A DNA stretch of 29,519 bases from Solirubrobacterales bacterium (GCA_035605775.1 DATNGU010000091.1:1-29519), one strand, 5' to 3'. Positions 1-9,231 are shown, numbered from the stretch's first letter. Numbers and translations are program-made. The notes: generated by a model from the sequence alone, not told the origin.

Positions 1-1016
1 AGCGCCTTCTTCACGGTGACCTTGCCGGTTCGGAGCGCCTTCAGGATCGCCGGGAGCGACCGCACCAGCTCCGGCACGGCGCGCGGGTGGAACTTGCCGC
101 CGTAGGAGTCCGGGAGCAGGTCGGCCTCGTGGAGCAGGCCGTTGCGCTCGATGTTCTTGACGAAGGCCGTCTCGTGCCGATGGCCGTTGTTGCGGTCGTC
201 GATGCCGAACTCGGAGCCCGCGACGCGCCGCAGCCGCATGATCTGGCTCATCGGCGCAACGCCTTTGGGGCACGCTTCGATGCAGTTGAAGCAGTGCGTG
301 CAGTCGTAGATGCCGTGCTCGTCCTCGGCGAGGTCGCGCAGGCGCTCCTCCTGCTGGCCGTCGCGCGGGTCACCGACGAAGCGGTAGGCCTTCGCCAGCG
401 CGGCGGGGCCGATGAACAGCGGATCGACCTCCATCGAGAGGCAGTCCGAGACGCACGCGCCGCACTGGATGCAGGCCATCGTCTGCGTGACGTCGATCAT
501 CGCCTCGGGCGGCACGATGTACTCGCGCTCGGGCGGGTCGCCGTCGGGCAGCAGCCACGGGGTGACGCGGCGGATCTTCTCCCAATGGGTCGACTCCATG
601 TCGGTGATCAGGTCCTTGACCACCGGCATGTTCCCCATCGGCTCTATGACAATCGCGGTGTCCTCTGCTCCCGTCCGGTCGCGCTCATCATCACCGGCGA
701 TCTCGCGACCGGACTCCCGCGTCCGGGCACCGCTTGCCGTTGCATTGGCGCTCTTGTTCGCCATCTCTTGGGCCTCGCCAATCTGCGTCTTGCAGCCGAG
801 CCCGGACTGGCCGTTGATCTTCATCCCGCAGGAGCCGCAGATCGCGGCGCGGCAGGAGCAACGGACCGAGAGCGAGCCGTCGTCGCGGTCCTTCACCTGC
901 AGCAGTCCGTCGAGGACCGAGAGGGAAGGCTCGAGATCGACGTTGAACTCCTCCCAGTAGGGGCCCTCACCACTCTCGGGCTGGAAACGGCGGACTTTCA
1001 GCGTGTAGGTGGCCAT
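1..1016 (-). CDS. sdhB: Succinate dehydrogenase/fumarate reductase iron-sulfur subunit (3' end runs off the window)
   Basis: Not in the ORF track; translated by hand from ATG at 1016: MATYTLKVRRFQPESGEGPYWEEF... Motifs CSCRAAICGSC...C ([2Fe-2S]), CIQCGACVSDC and CTHCFNCIEACP. It starts 5 nt after the sdhA stop and has no stop before the window edge. Confidence 0.95.
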   Translation of the reverse strand, partial: MATYTLKVRRFQPESGEGPYWEEFNVDLEPSLSVLDGLLQVKDRDDGSLSVRCSCRAAICGSCGMKINGQSGLGCKTQIGEAQEMANKSANATASGARTRESGREIAGDDERDRTGAEDTAIVIEPMGNMPVVKDLITDMESTHWEKIRRVTPWLLPDGDPPEREYIVPPEAMIDVTQTMACIQCGACVSDCLSMEVDPLFIGPAALAKAYRFVGDPRDGQQEERLRDLAEDEHGIYDCTHCFNCIEACPKGVAPMSQIMRLRRVAGSEFGIDDRNNGHRHETAFVKNIERNGLLHEADLLPDSYGGKFHPRAVPELVRSLPAILKALRTGKVTVKKA

Positions 1017-1020
1017 CGTC

Positions 1021-2709
1021 CTAGTACTTCCTCTCTTCGGGTTCCCACTGGGTGATCGTCACCTCTGAGTATGAGATGTCCGGCCCATCGTCGCCCTGCT
1101 GTAGGTCGATGTGTTTGAGCCACTCCTCGTCGTTGCGCTCGGGGAAGTCGGTTCTGTACTGGGCGCCGCGGCTCTCCTTGCGCTCCAGCGCGGCGAGGCA
1201 GGTGCATTCGGCGTTGTCGAGCATGTAGCCCAGCTCGATCGCTCCCAGCACGTCCTGGTTAAAGATGTCGCCCTTGTCGTCGATGTAGGCGCTTTGGGAC
1301 TCCTCTTTGAGCCGCCGCACGATCTCCAGCGCTTCCTGGATACCGGCCTCGTCGCGGAAGACCGCGACCTTCGCGTCCATCGTCGTGCCCAGCTCCTCCT
1401 TGATCTCTGAGACGCGGCGGCCGGAGCCCTTCTCACGGGCGGCGATCGCCTCGATCGCGTCCTGCTCGACCTCGAGCGTGCCTCCCGTCGGCCGCGAGCC
1501 CTCGATCCGCTTGGCGCGGGCGGCGGCGTCAGCGCCAGAGCGGCGGCCGAAGATCAGCGTGTCGAGCAGCGAGTTTGCCCCGAGCCGGTTGCCGCCGTGA
1601 ACCGATACGCAGGCGGTCTCGCCGGCTGCGTAGAGCCCGGGGACGTCGGTTCGTCCGTCGACGTCGGTCTTGACGCCGCCCATCGTGTAGTGGTTGCCGG
1701 GCTTGATGTGGATCGGTTCGCGGGTGATGTCGACGCCGGCGAAGTCGCGGCCGACGAGGACGATCTCGCGCAGCGCCTCGTGGATCCGCTTCTTCGGCAC
1801 CACGGTGATGTCGAGCGCGACGGTGCCGTCGGGGAAGCCGCGGCCCTCGTTGATCTCGGTCTGCTCGGCGCGGGAGACGACGTCGCGTGAGGCAAGTTCC
1901 ATCTTGTTCGGCGCGTAGCGCTCCATGAAGCGTTCGCCCTTCGCGTTGAGCAGGTGGGCGCCCTCACCGCGGGCGCCCTCGGTGATCAGGAAGCCCTTGC
2001 CCGCCAGCGTCGTCGGGTGGTACTGGATCATCTCCATGTCCATCAGCTTGGCCCCGACCCGGTAGGCCATCGCGATCCCGTCGCCGGTGCAGATCAGCGC
2101 GTTGGTGGTCGGCTTCCAGGCCTGGCCGTTGCCGCCGCAGGCGAGGATCACCGCCTTCGCCGTGAACAGCTGCATCGATCCGTCGGCGACGTTGCGGGTG
2201 ACGACGCCGCAGCACTCACCGTTTTCGTCCATCGCCAGCGCCGTGCAGAACCACTCCTCGTAGCGGGCGACCGAGTCCGAGTACTTCATCAGCTGCTCGT
2301 AGAGGACGTGCATGATCGCTTGACCGGTGATGTCGGCGACGTAGTAGGTGCGGGCGGCGGAGGCGCCGCCGAAGGCGCGGGTGCCGAGCTTGCCTTCCTC
2401 GTTGCGGTGGAAGGTAACGCCCAGGTGCTCGAGGTGGAGGATCTCCTCCGGCGCCTCTTCGCACATGATCGAGATCGCGTCCTGGTCGCCCAGGTAGTCA
2501 GAGCCCTTGACCGTGTCGAAGGCGTGCGACTCCCAGGAATCGCCCGGGTTGAGCGCCGCGTTGATCCCGCCCTGGGCGGCGTTGGAGTGAGAGCGGACCG
2601 GGTGGACCTTGCTCAGGATCCCGACCGAGACCCCTTGCTCGGCGGCCGCCAGGGCCGCCCTCTGTCCGGCCAGCCCGGCGCCGATCACCAGTACGTCATG
2701 CGTAGGCAC
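1021..2709 (-). CDS. sdhA: Succinate dehydrogenase/fumarate reductase flavoprotein subunit
   Basis: GAGLAG FAD-binding motif, SHSNAAQGG (covalent-FAD His), [18 protein letters not shown] and [11 protein letters not shown]; adjacent to sdhB; GTG start. Confidence 0.95.
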   Translation of the reverse strand: MPTHDVLVIGAGLAGQRAALAAAEQGVSVGILSKVHPVRSHSNAAQGGINAALNPGDSWESHAFDTVKGSDYLGDQDAISIMCEEAPEEILHLEHLGVTFHRNEEGKLGTRAFGGASAARTYYVADITGQAIMHVLYEQLMKYSDSVARYEEWFCTALAMDENGECCGVVTRNVADGSMQLFTAKAVILACGGNGQAWKPTTNALICTGDGIAMAYRVGAKLMDMEMIQYHPTTLAGKGFLITEGARGEGAHLLNAKGERFMERYAPNKMELASRDVVSRAEQTEINEGRGFPDGTVALDITVVPKKRIHEALREIVLVGRDFAGVDITREPIHIKPGNHYTMGGVKTDVDGRTDVPGLYAAGETACVSVHGGNRLGANSLLDTLIFGRRSGADAAARAKRIEGSRPTGGTLEVEQDAIEAIAAREKGSGRRVSEIKEELGTTMDAKVAVFRDEAGIQEALEIVRRLKEESQSAYIDDKGDIFNQDVLGAIELGYMLDNAECTCLAALERKESRGAQYRTDFPERNDEEWLKHIDLQQGDDGPDISYSEVTITQWEPEERKY

Positions 2710-2730
2710 GGCGGCGATCCTATAGATGCG

Positions 2731-2754
2731 AAATCCGACCCCGCGGTCGGATTT
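2731..2754. promoter_or_regulatory. Perfect 10-bp inverted repeat upstream of sdhA (operator or terminator hairpin)
   Basis: AAATCCGACC-CCGC-GGTCGGATTT, 22 nt upstream of the sdhA start. Confidence 0.5.
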
Positions 2755-2759
2755 GAGGC

Positions 2760-2843
2760 CTAGAGCCAGTGCCGGTCGAGTCGGCCGATCGATGCCTTGG
2801 AGAGGCGTGCCGTCGGCGACGGTGTCGAAGTCCCCCAGCGCAT
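2760..2843 (-). CDS. Possible leaderless 27-aa small ORF ([27 protein letters not shown])
   Basis: TAAGGT hexamer 7 nt before the ATG, the same geometry as other genes here. Followed 6 nt after its stop by the 2731-2754 hairpin. No homology recognised. Confidence 0.25.
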   Translation of the reverse strand: MRWGTSTPSPTARLSKASIGRLDRHWL

Positions 2844-2860
2844 TGTTGCGACCTTACATA

Positions 2861-2972
2861 GGGCCCATCCCGGCAGGGGGTGAAACGTCTTGTACTTTTC
2901 GTTGACTCCCCCCGGGCGCCAGCCCCCCAGCGCACCGAAAAGTTAAGTGGAACCCCCGCCGGGATGGGGCCC
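2861..2972. repeat. Structured intergenic element, copy 1 (rod-like hairpin with conserved internal boxes)
   Basis: Terminal arms GGGCCCATCCCGGCAGGGGGT / ACCCCCGCCGGGATGGGGCCC pair. Boxes AACGTCTTGTACTTTT (2884-2899) and AAAAGTTAAGTGGA (2938-2951) recur exactly, reverse-complemented, at 4168-4237. Confidence 0.85.
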
Positions 2973-2985
2973 GTACCATTGGCCC

Positions 2986-4149
2986 ATGCCTGGCGGTAAA
3001 CCAATAACGCTCTTCCATGTGCGCGGGATCCGCATCGCCGTCGATTGGTCGTGGTTCCTCGTCCTCTTCCTCGTCATCTTTTGGCTTTCGCAGTTCTACG
3101 GCGACGTGCTGGGGGAGAGCAGCTCCTCCTCGACTCCTTTCCTGTTGGCGATCATCAGCGCCTTCGGCTTCTTCGGCTCGATCGTCCTCCACGAGCTCGG
3201 CCACGCGATGGTCGCGCTGCGCAATGGGATCGGCATCTCGAGCATCCAACTCTGGATCTTCGGCGGGATGGCGCGGATGGACCGCGAATCGGATGGCCCT
3301 GCAACGGAGTTCAAAGTGGCGATCGCCGGTCCGTTGGTAACGCTGGCGATCATCGTCGTGCTAACCGCCGTCGGCCTCGCCGCCGCCGGTGCCGAGGGGT
3401 TCCGCAAGGCGGTCCTGATCGAGAGCAACTCCGGTGTCTCCGGTGTGCTGGCGATGGTCGGCTGGCTCGTCTCTATCAACGCCCTCGTCCTCGTCTTCAA
3501 CCTGCTGCCGGCATTTCCCATGGACGGCGGGCGGGTGGTGCGGGCAATCGCCTGGTGGCGGACCGGAAATCGCACCTCGGCGACGCGGTTCGCCGCCACC
3601 CTCGGTCGTGTCTTTGCCTACATCTTCATCGGCGGCGGCCTGCTGTTGGTCTTCACCGGCTATGTCTTCACCGGCGTCTGGCTGGCCCTGATCGGCTTCG
3701 TGATCAACGGTTCTGCCCGGGCAGCGACCGCGCAAACGGCGATCTCGGGCCGGATTAGCGACCTTGTGGTCGCCGACGTGATGGACCGCGAGCCCGTGGC
3801 GATCTCCGACCAGCTCAGCGTCGAGCAGGCTCTCGATGAGTACTTCCTCCGTTACCGCTGGCCGTGGTTCCCCGTGGTGGACGCCACCCACCGCTTCCTC
3901 GGCCTGGTCGTCCGCGACAAAGCCGATGAGGTCCCGGAGACCTCGCGCACCACATCTCTGGTCTCCGACCTGCTTGAGCGCGACGACGGCACCTTCCAGG
4001 TCCGCGACGACGCCCCACTCGACACCCTGCTCTCGAACAGCTCCCTTCGCCGCTTCGGCGCAGTGATGGCGGTGGATTCGGAAGGTCGCCTCAGCGGAGT
4101 AATAACCGCCGAGCAGGTGGGACGAGCGCTCCGGGACGCAGCAGGTTAG
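2986..4149 (+). CDS. Site-2 protease (peptidase M50) with C-terminal CBS domains, Rip3-like
   Basis: HELGH zinc motif, NLLPAFPMDGG motif, multiple TM segments, C-terminal CBS-like repeats (VADVMDREP...; FGAVMAVDSEGRLSGVIT). Start moved to ATG 2986 (MPGGKPITLF), 6 nt after TACCAT. Confidence 0.9.
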   Translation: MPGGKPITLFHVRGIRIAVDWSWFLVLFLVIFWLSQFYGDVLGESSSSSTPFLLAIISAFGFFGSIVLHELGHAMVALRNGIGISSIQLWIFGGMARMDRESDGPATEFKVAIAGPLVTLAIIVVLTAVGLAAAGAEGFRKAVLIESNSGVSGVLAMVGWLVSINALVLVFNLLPAFPMDGGRVVRAIAWWRTGNRTSATRFAATLGRVFAYIFIGGGLLLVFTGYVFTGVWLALIGFVINGSARAATAQTAISGRISDLVVADVMDREPVAISDQLSVEQALDEYFLRYRWPWFPVVDATHRFLGLVVRDKADEVPETSRTTSLVSDLLERDDGTFQVRDDAPLDTLLSNSSLRRFGAVMAVDSEGRLSGVITAEQVGRALRDAAG

Positions 4150-4260
4150 AGGGGTCGGCTAGGGGGCTCCACTTAACTTTTCTGAAGACAGCACGCGGCC
4201 GTCCGAGATTGCAGCCGCAGAAAAAGTACAAGACGTTCCGCCCCCTGCCCGACCCCTCTA
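4147..4260. repeat. Structured intergenic element, copy 2 (inverted relative to copy 1)
   Basis: Arms TAGAGGGGTCGGCTAGGGGGC / GCCCCCTGCCCGACCCCTCTA pair. Boxes TCCACTTAACTTTT (4168-4181) and AAAAGTACAAGACGTT (4222-4237). Both ends coincide with the TAG stops of the convergent flanking genes. Confidence 0.85.
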
Positions 4261-5931
4261 TCGGGTGGGTCGATGGCGCTCGATTATCGAGCTGAAGTTG
4301 GTTCCGGCGGGCAGGGTGCCGAAGGCGTTGCCCCAGTCGCCGCCTAGGCGCGAGGCGCAGAAGGCGTCGGCGACGGCGGGATCGCCGTAGCGGACCAAGA
4401 GGGAAGCTTGCAGGGCCAAGGCCATGCGTTCCACGATCCCGCGGGCTCGGATTTGGATCGTGTCTACGTCGCCTGGAATCTCCTCGCGAAGAGAGCTGAC
4501 GTAGGAGTCGAGCCGGGGTTCGGCGCCGGCCCCCTCTAGAACCTCGGCGAAGAAAGCCTCGACTGAGGCCGGGTTCTTGACCATCGCCCGCAGCACGTCG
4601 AGGCACTGGACGTTGCCGGAGCCCTCCCAGATCGAGGCGAGCGGAGCCTCGCGGTAGAGGCGTGGCATGCCCGACTCCTCGACGTAACCGTTGCCACCCA
4701 GGCACTCGAGGCACTCGACCGCGTGCCAGGGAGCGCGCTTGCAGAGCCAGTACTTGAGCACGGCGTTGGCGAGGCGGCGGAACTCGACCGCCTCCTCGTC
4801 GCCGGCCGCGACCTCGTCGTAGGCGCGGGCGAGCCGCATCGCGGCGACGGTCGCCGCCTCGGACTCGACGCAGAGATCGGCTAGCACGTTGCGCATCAGC
4901 GGCTGGTTGATCAGATCCACCCCGAACGCGGCGCGGTGGGCGGTGTGGTTGAGCGCCTGCACGACCCCGGCCCGGTAGCCGGTGGCGGCGCCGATCACGC
5001 AGTCGAGCCGGGTGTGGTTGACCATCTCGATAATCGTCGGCACCCCGCGGCCCTCCTCGCCGACCATGCGCGCCCAGGCGCCCCGGAACTCGACCTCGCT
5101 GGAGGCGTTGGAGCGGTTGCCGAGCTTGTCCTTGAGTCGCTGGATGTGAAAGGCGTTGCGCTCGCCGTCCGGCGTCCAGCGCGGCATCAGGAAGCAGGAG
5201 ATGCCGGAGTCAGTCTGGGCGAGGACGAGAAAGGCGTCGCACATCGGCGCCGAGCAGAACCACTTGTGGCCAACGATCTCGTACTCGGCTCCCGGCCCGC
5301 CGCCGTTGACCGGCTTGGCGGTCGTGGTGTTGGCGCGCACGTCGGAGCCGCCCTGCTTCTCGGTCATCGCCATTCCGCAGAGGGCGCCGCGCTTGCGGTC
5401 GGCCGGCAGCGCACGCCCGTCGTAGTCGAGCGAGAGGAAGCGCGACTCCCACTCCGCGGCCAGCTCGGGCTGTTGACGCAGGGCGGGGATCGCCGAGTAG
5501 GTCATCGAGATCGGACAGCCGACGCCGCTCTCGGCCTGCATCAGCTGGGTGAACATCGCGGCGCGGGCGACGTGGGCGCCCGGGCCCGGCTCGCGCCAGG
5601 GTGAGGCGTGCAATCCGTAGTCGACCCCGATCCGCATCAGTTCGTGCCAGGAGCTGTCGAACTCGACCTCGTCGACGCGGTGGCCGAAGCGGTCGTGGGT
5701 GCGCAGCTGGGGCTTCTTCTCGTTGGCCTCGAATCCCCAGCGGATCGTCTGCGAAGAGCCGCAGATCGCCCCCAGTTCGCGCGCTTTCTCCTCGGCCCAG
5801 CCGGCGCCCTCGCGCTGCAGCGCCTCTACCAGGACCCGGTCGGCGTCGAAGGAGTTGTAGTCCTCCAGCGGCGGCGGCTGGTTGAAGACCTCATGGGTCT
5901 CCCGCGAGGTTGGGCGCTCGACGGTTGCCAC
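4258..5931 (-). CDS. aidB: Acyl-CoA dehydrogenase family protein, AidB-like
   Basis: AidB-type N-terminus (HEVFNQPPPLEDYN), CPISMTYS, GMAMTEKQGGSDV, GHKWFCSAP, RLKDKLGNRSNAS, ECLGGNGYVEE, IWEGSGN. Confidence 0.85.
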   Translation of the reverse strand: MATVERPTSRETHEVFNQPPPLEDYNSFDADRVLVEALQREGAGWAEEKARELGAICGSSQTIRWGFEANEKKPQLRTHDRFGHRVDEVEFDSSWHELMRIGVDYGLHASPWREPGPGAHVARAAMFTQLMQAESGVGCPISMTYSAIPALRQQPELAAEWESRFLSLDYDGRALPADRKRGALCGMAMTEKQGGSDVRANTTTAKPVNGGGPGAEYEIVGHKWFCSAPMCDAFLVLAQTDSGISCFLMPRWTPDGERNAFHIQRLKDKLGNRSNASSEVEFRGAWARMVGEEGRGVPTIIEMVNHTRLDCVIGAATGYRAGVVQALNHTAHRAAFGVDLINQPLMRNVLADLCVESEAATVAAMRLARAYDEVAAGDEEAVEFRRLANAVLKYWLCKRAPWHAVECLECLGGNGYVEESGMPRLYREAPLASIWEGSGNVQCLDVLRAMVKNPASVEAFFAEVLEGAGAEPRLDSYVSSLREEIPGDVDTIQIRARGIVERMALALQASLLVRYGDPAVADAFCASRLGGDWGNAFGTLPAGTNFSSIIERHRPTR

Positions 5932-5963
5932 ACCCCCATTCTCGCAGGAGACCTGCTTTCGAG

Positions 5964-6266
5964 TCAGGTCGTGACGCCCTCCGGCTCAGGATCGGGACGG
6001 ATGATCACGGTGTCGGCGACCTCGAGAATCTCGTCAGCCGGCATGTCGACCCGCTCGGCGTGCGCGCGGACCGCCTCGACCCCGCTTGCCTGGTAGATGC
6101 AGACGGTGCCGAGCGTGCCGCCGGGCTCGGCGATCACGTAGCTGCGAATCCAGGCGATGTCGTCCGGGAAGTTGCTCTCGGCGACCTGTTTAGAGCGCTC
6201 GGCGGTGGCCTCGAGCTCGTCTGGGCTTGCCCAGGCATTTTCCCTGCGAATCACGTACGTCTTCAT
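5964..6266 (-). CDS. DUF4242 / SCO4226-like small protein
   Basis: IAWIRSYV...TVCIYQASGVEAVRAHAERVDMPADEILEV pattern recognised; GGAGGAG RBS upstream. Confidence 0.7.
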   Translation of the reverse strand: MKTYVIRRENAWASPDELEATAERSKQVAESNFPDDIAWIRSYVIAEPGGTLGTVCIYQASGVEAVRAHAERVDMPADEILEVADTVIIRPDPEPEGVTT

Positions 6267-6395
6267 CTTGCTCCTCCTTGCATCGGGAGGCCGAATTTAG
6301 ACCACAACCGCGTCTCGACGAAAAGATCCTGTCCTGCTCGGAGGCGGTGATCGTCGACCTGCTCGAGGGCCTACGTCGATAGCATCGCCGCGCCG

Positions 6396-7616
6396 ATGGC
6401 GGAGAAGATCCAAGTCAAGAACCCAGTCGTCGAGCTCGAGGGCGACGAGATGACCCGGATCATCTGGTCGTTCATCAAAGAGCAGCTGATCCTTCCGTAC
6501 CTCGACCTCGAGCTGATCTATTTCGACCTCGGGATCGAGAGCCGCGACGCGAGCGAAGACCGGATCACGGTTGAAGCCGCGGAGGCGATCAAGCAGCACG
6601 GCGTCGGCGTCAAGTGCGCGACGATCACCCCTGACGAGGCGCGGGTCGAGGAGTTCGGCCTCAAAGAGATGTATCGATCGCCAAACGGCACGATCCGCAA
6701 CATCCTCGGCGGCGTCATCTTCCGCGAGCCGATCGTGATCTCCAACGTGCCGCGGTTGGTGCCGGGCTGGACGAAGCCGATAGTGATTGGCCGCCACGCT
6801 TTCGGCGACCAGTACCGCGCCACCGACATGGTCGTCCCCGGGGAGGGGACGCTGACCTTGACCTATACGCCCAAGGACGGTTCGCAGCCGGTCGAACTTG
6901 ACGTCTACGACTTCCCCGGGGGTGGCATCGCGATGGCGATGTACAACCTCGATGACTCGATCCGTGACTTCGCCCGTGCCTCGATGCGTTACGGGCTCGA
7001 CCGTGGCTACCCGGTCTACCTGTCGACCAAGAACACGATCCTGAAGCGCTATGACGGCCGCTTCAAGGACCTCTTCGCCGAGGTTTACGAGGCCGAGTTC
7101 AAGCCAGAGTTCGAGGCGAAGGGGATCTCCTACGAACACCGCCTGATCGACGACATGGTTGCCGCTGCGCTGAAGTGGGAAGGCGGCTACGTCTGGGCCT
7201 GCAAGAACTATGACGGTGACGTTCAGTCCGACACGGTCGCCCAGGGTTTTGGATCGCTGGGGCTGATGACCAGCGTGCTGATGAGCCCCGACGGCAAGAC
7301 GGTCGAGGCCGAGGCGGCGCACGGCACCGTTACCCGGCACTACCGCCAGCACCAGGAAGGCAAGCCGACGTCGACCAACCCAATTGCCTCGATCTTCGCC
7401 TGGACGCGCGGCCTCGCCGCTCGCGGCAGGCTCGACCAGACCCCGGACGTGTCACGGTTTGCTTCGACCCTCGAGCAGGTCTGCATCGAGACGGTCGAGA
7501 GCGGCAAGATGACCAAGGACCTGGCGCTCCTCGTCGGACCTGGCCAGCAGTTTCTGACCACGGAGGAGTTCCTCGCCGCGATCGACCAGCGCCTGCAACG
7601 TGCGATGGCATCTTAG
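6396..7616 (+). CDS. icd: NADP-dependent isocitrate dehydrogenase (homodimeric, eukaryote-like subfamily)
   Basis: [83 protein letters not shown]. Confidence 0.97.
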   Translation: MAEKIQVKNPVVELEGDEMTRIIWSFIKEQLILPYLDLELIYFDLGIESRDASEDRITVEAAEAIKQHGVGVKCATITPDEARVEEFGLKEMYRSPNGTIRNILGGVIFREPIVISNVPRLVPGWTKPIVIGRHAFGDQYRATDMVVPGEGTLTLTYTPKDGSQPVELDVYDFPGGGIAMAMYNLDDSIRDFARASMRYGLDRGYPVYLSTKNTILKRYDGRFKDLFAEVYEAEFKPEFEAKGISYEHRLIDDMVAAALKWEGGYVWACKNYDGDVQSDTVAQGFGSLGLMTSVLMSPDGKTVEAEAAHGTVTRHYRQHQEGKPTSTNPIASIFAWTRGLAARGRLDQTPDVSRFASTLEQVCIETVESGKMTKDLALLVGPGQQFLTTEEFLAAIDQRLQRAMAS

Positions 7617-8639
<1,023 letters not shown>

Positions 8640-8649
8640 CCGCAAACGC

Positions 8650-8680
8650 AAAGAGGCCGGCCCCTAAGGCCGGCCTCTTT
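8650..8680. terminator. Bidirectional intrinsic terminator between mdh and the convergent DNA-binding protein gene
   Basis: Perfect 13-bp stem AAAGAGGCCGGCC-CCTAA-GGCCGGCCTCTTT, with A/T runs at both ends. Confidence 0.85.
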
Positions 8681-8698
8681 AAAGCGTTATCCCTGACG

Positions 8699-9073
8699 CT
8701 ATTTCGAGGGGAAGTACTGGCGCCCTTTCTTCGTCACCCTTCCCTCTTTCTCCATGTCACCGAGGACGCGGTAGAGGTAATTCGGCTTGATTTTCATCGT
8801 CTTGGCGATGTCCGAGGCGCTAATGCCGGGCTTGTCTTCCACAAGGGCCACTGCTTGATCGGCGCGGGTGCCTTTGCGACGACGCCGCGGAGCGCCCGCT
8901 TTTTTCGTGCCCGAGCCGCGTGGGCGGCCTGGACGACGGCCAGGGCGGCCGGTCACTTTCCCGCCCAGCTCGGCGAGGGCGCGCTCGAGGCGCTGGCGCT
9001 CGTCGTCCAGCTCGGCGAGGCGCTTCTTGACCAGATCGCGAGCCTCGTCGAGTACGTGAGTGGTGCTTGGCAT
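8699..9073 (-). CDS. Small basic DNA-binding protein: N-terminal coiled coil, AT-hook-like linker, C-terminal winged HTH (124 aa)
   Basis: ATG 9073 preceded by AAAGGA. LVKKRLAELDDERQRLERALAEL (heptads), GRPGRRPGRPRGSG...RRRRK (basic), PGISASDIAKTMKIKPNYLYRVLGDMEKEGRVTKKG (HTH plus wing). Coding status is well supported; the function is inferred. Confidence 0.75.
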   Translation of the reverse strand: MPSTTHVLDEARDLVKKRLAELDDERQRLERALAELGGKVTGRPGRRPGRPRGSGTKKAGAPRRRRKGTRADQAVALVEDKPGISASDIAKTMKIKPNYLYRVLGDMEKEGRVTKKGRQYFPSK

Positions 9074-9143
9074 CTCGTTCCTTTCGACCGGTGGGGGGTT
9101 GTTACCGGAGTTCCGATTGCAAGTATGGGAACCGCAGTGTTGC

Positions 9144-9185
9144 ACAGTCACTGTGACTGTAAATATGCCACTGGCCATATTGGCC
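9144..9185. promoter_or_regulatory. Cluster of palindromes upstream of the DNA-binding protein gene (candidate operator)
   Basis: ACAGTCAC-T-GTGACTGT (9144-9160, perfect 8-1-8), AATATGCCACTGGCCATATT (9162-9181, imperfect), GGCCA-TAT-TGGCC (9173-9185). Confidence 0.5.
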
Positions 9186-9231
9186 TACCCGAACCTGACT
9201 ATTTAGACACCTCTTGATGTCGACTCCACTT

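Noticed and set aside
87-1055. 322-aa plus-strand ORF and other long overlapping ORFs (e.g. 21687-23969, 6297-7352, 16864-17943, 19940-21124, 25754-26788)
   Set aside because: They are antisense or alternate-frame shadows of well-supported genes, expected at this GC content, and have no recognisable motifs.
2900-2937. 6C RNA (two runs of six C)
   Set aside because: The C runs are not each presented in a hairpin loop as in 6C RNA, and the equivalent core of copy 2 has no C runs.
2861-2972. SRP 4.5S RNA, 6S/Ms1, hammerhead or known riboswitch
   Set aside because: It lacks the SRP helix-8 loop motifs and the hammerhead CUGANGA core, and is too short for Ms1. A leaderless -10 lies downstream of it, so it is probably not in the M50 mRNA leader.
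4168-4241. Integron attC site (ACTTAAC fits RYYYAAC just after a stop codon; a GTT occurs 60 nt later)
   Set aside because: The GTT is followed by CCGC rather than RRRY, AAC and GTT do not pair in the fold, there is no L''/L' box spacing, the copies are inverted rather than direct, and there is no integrase.
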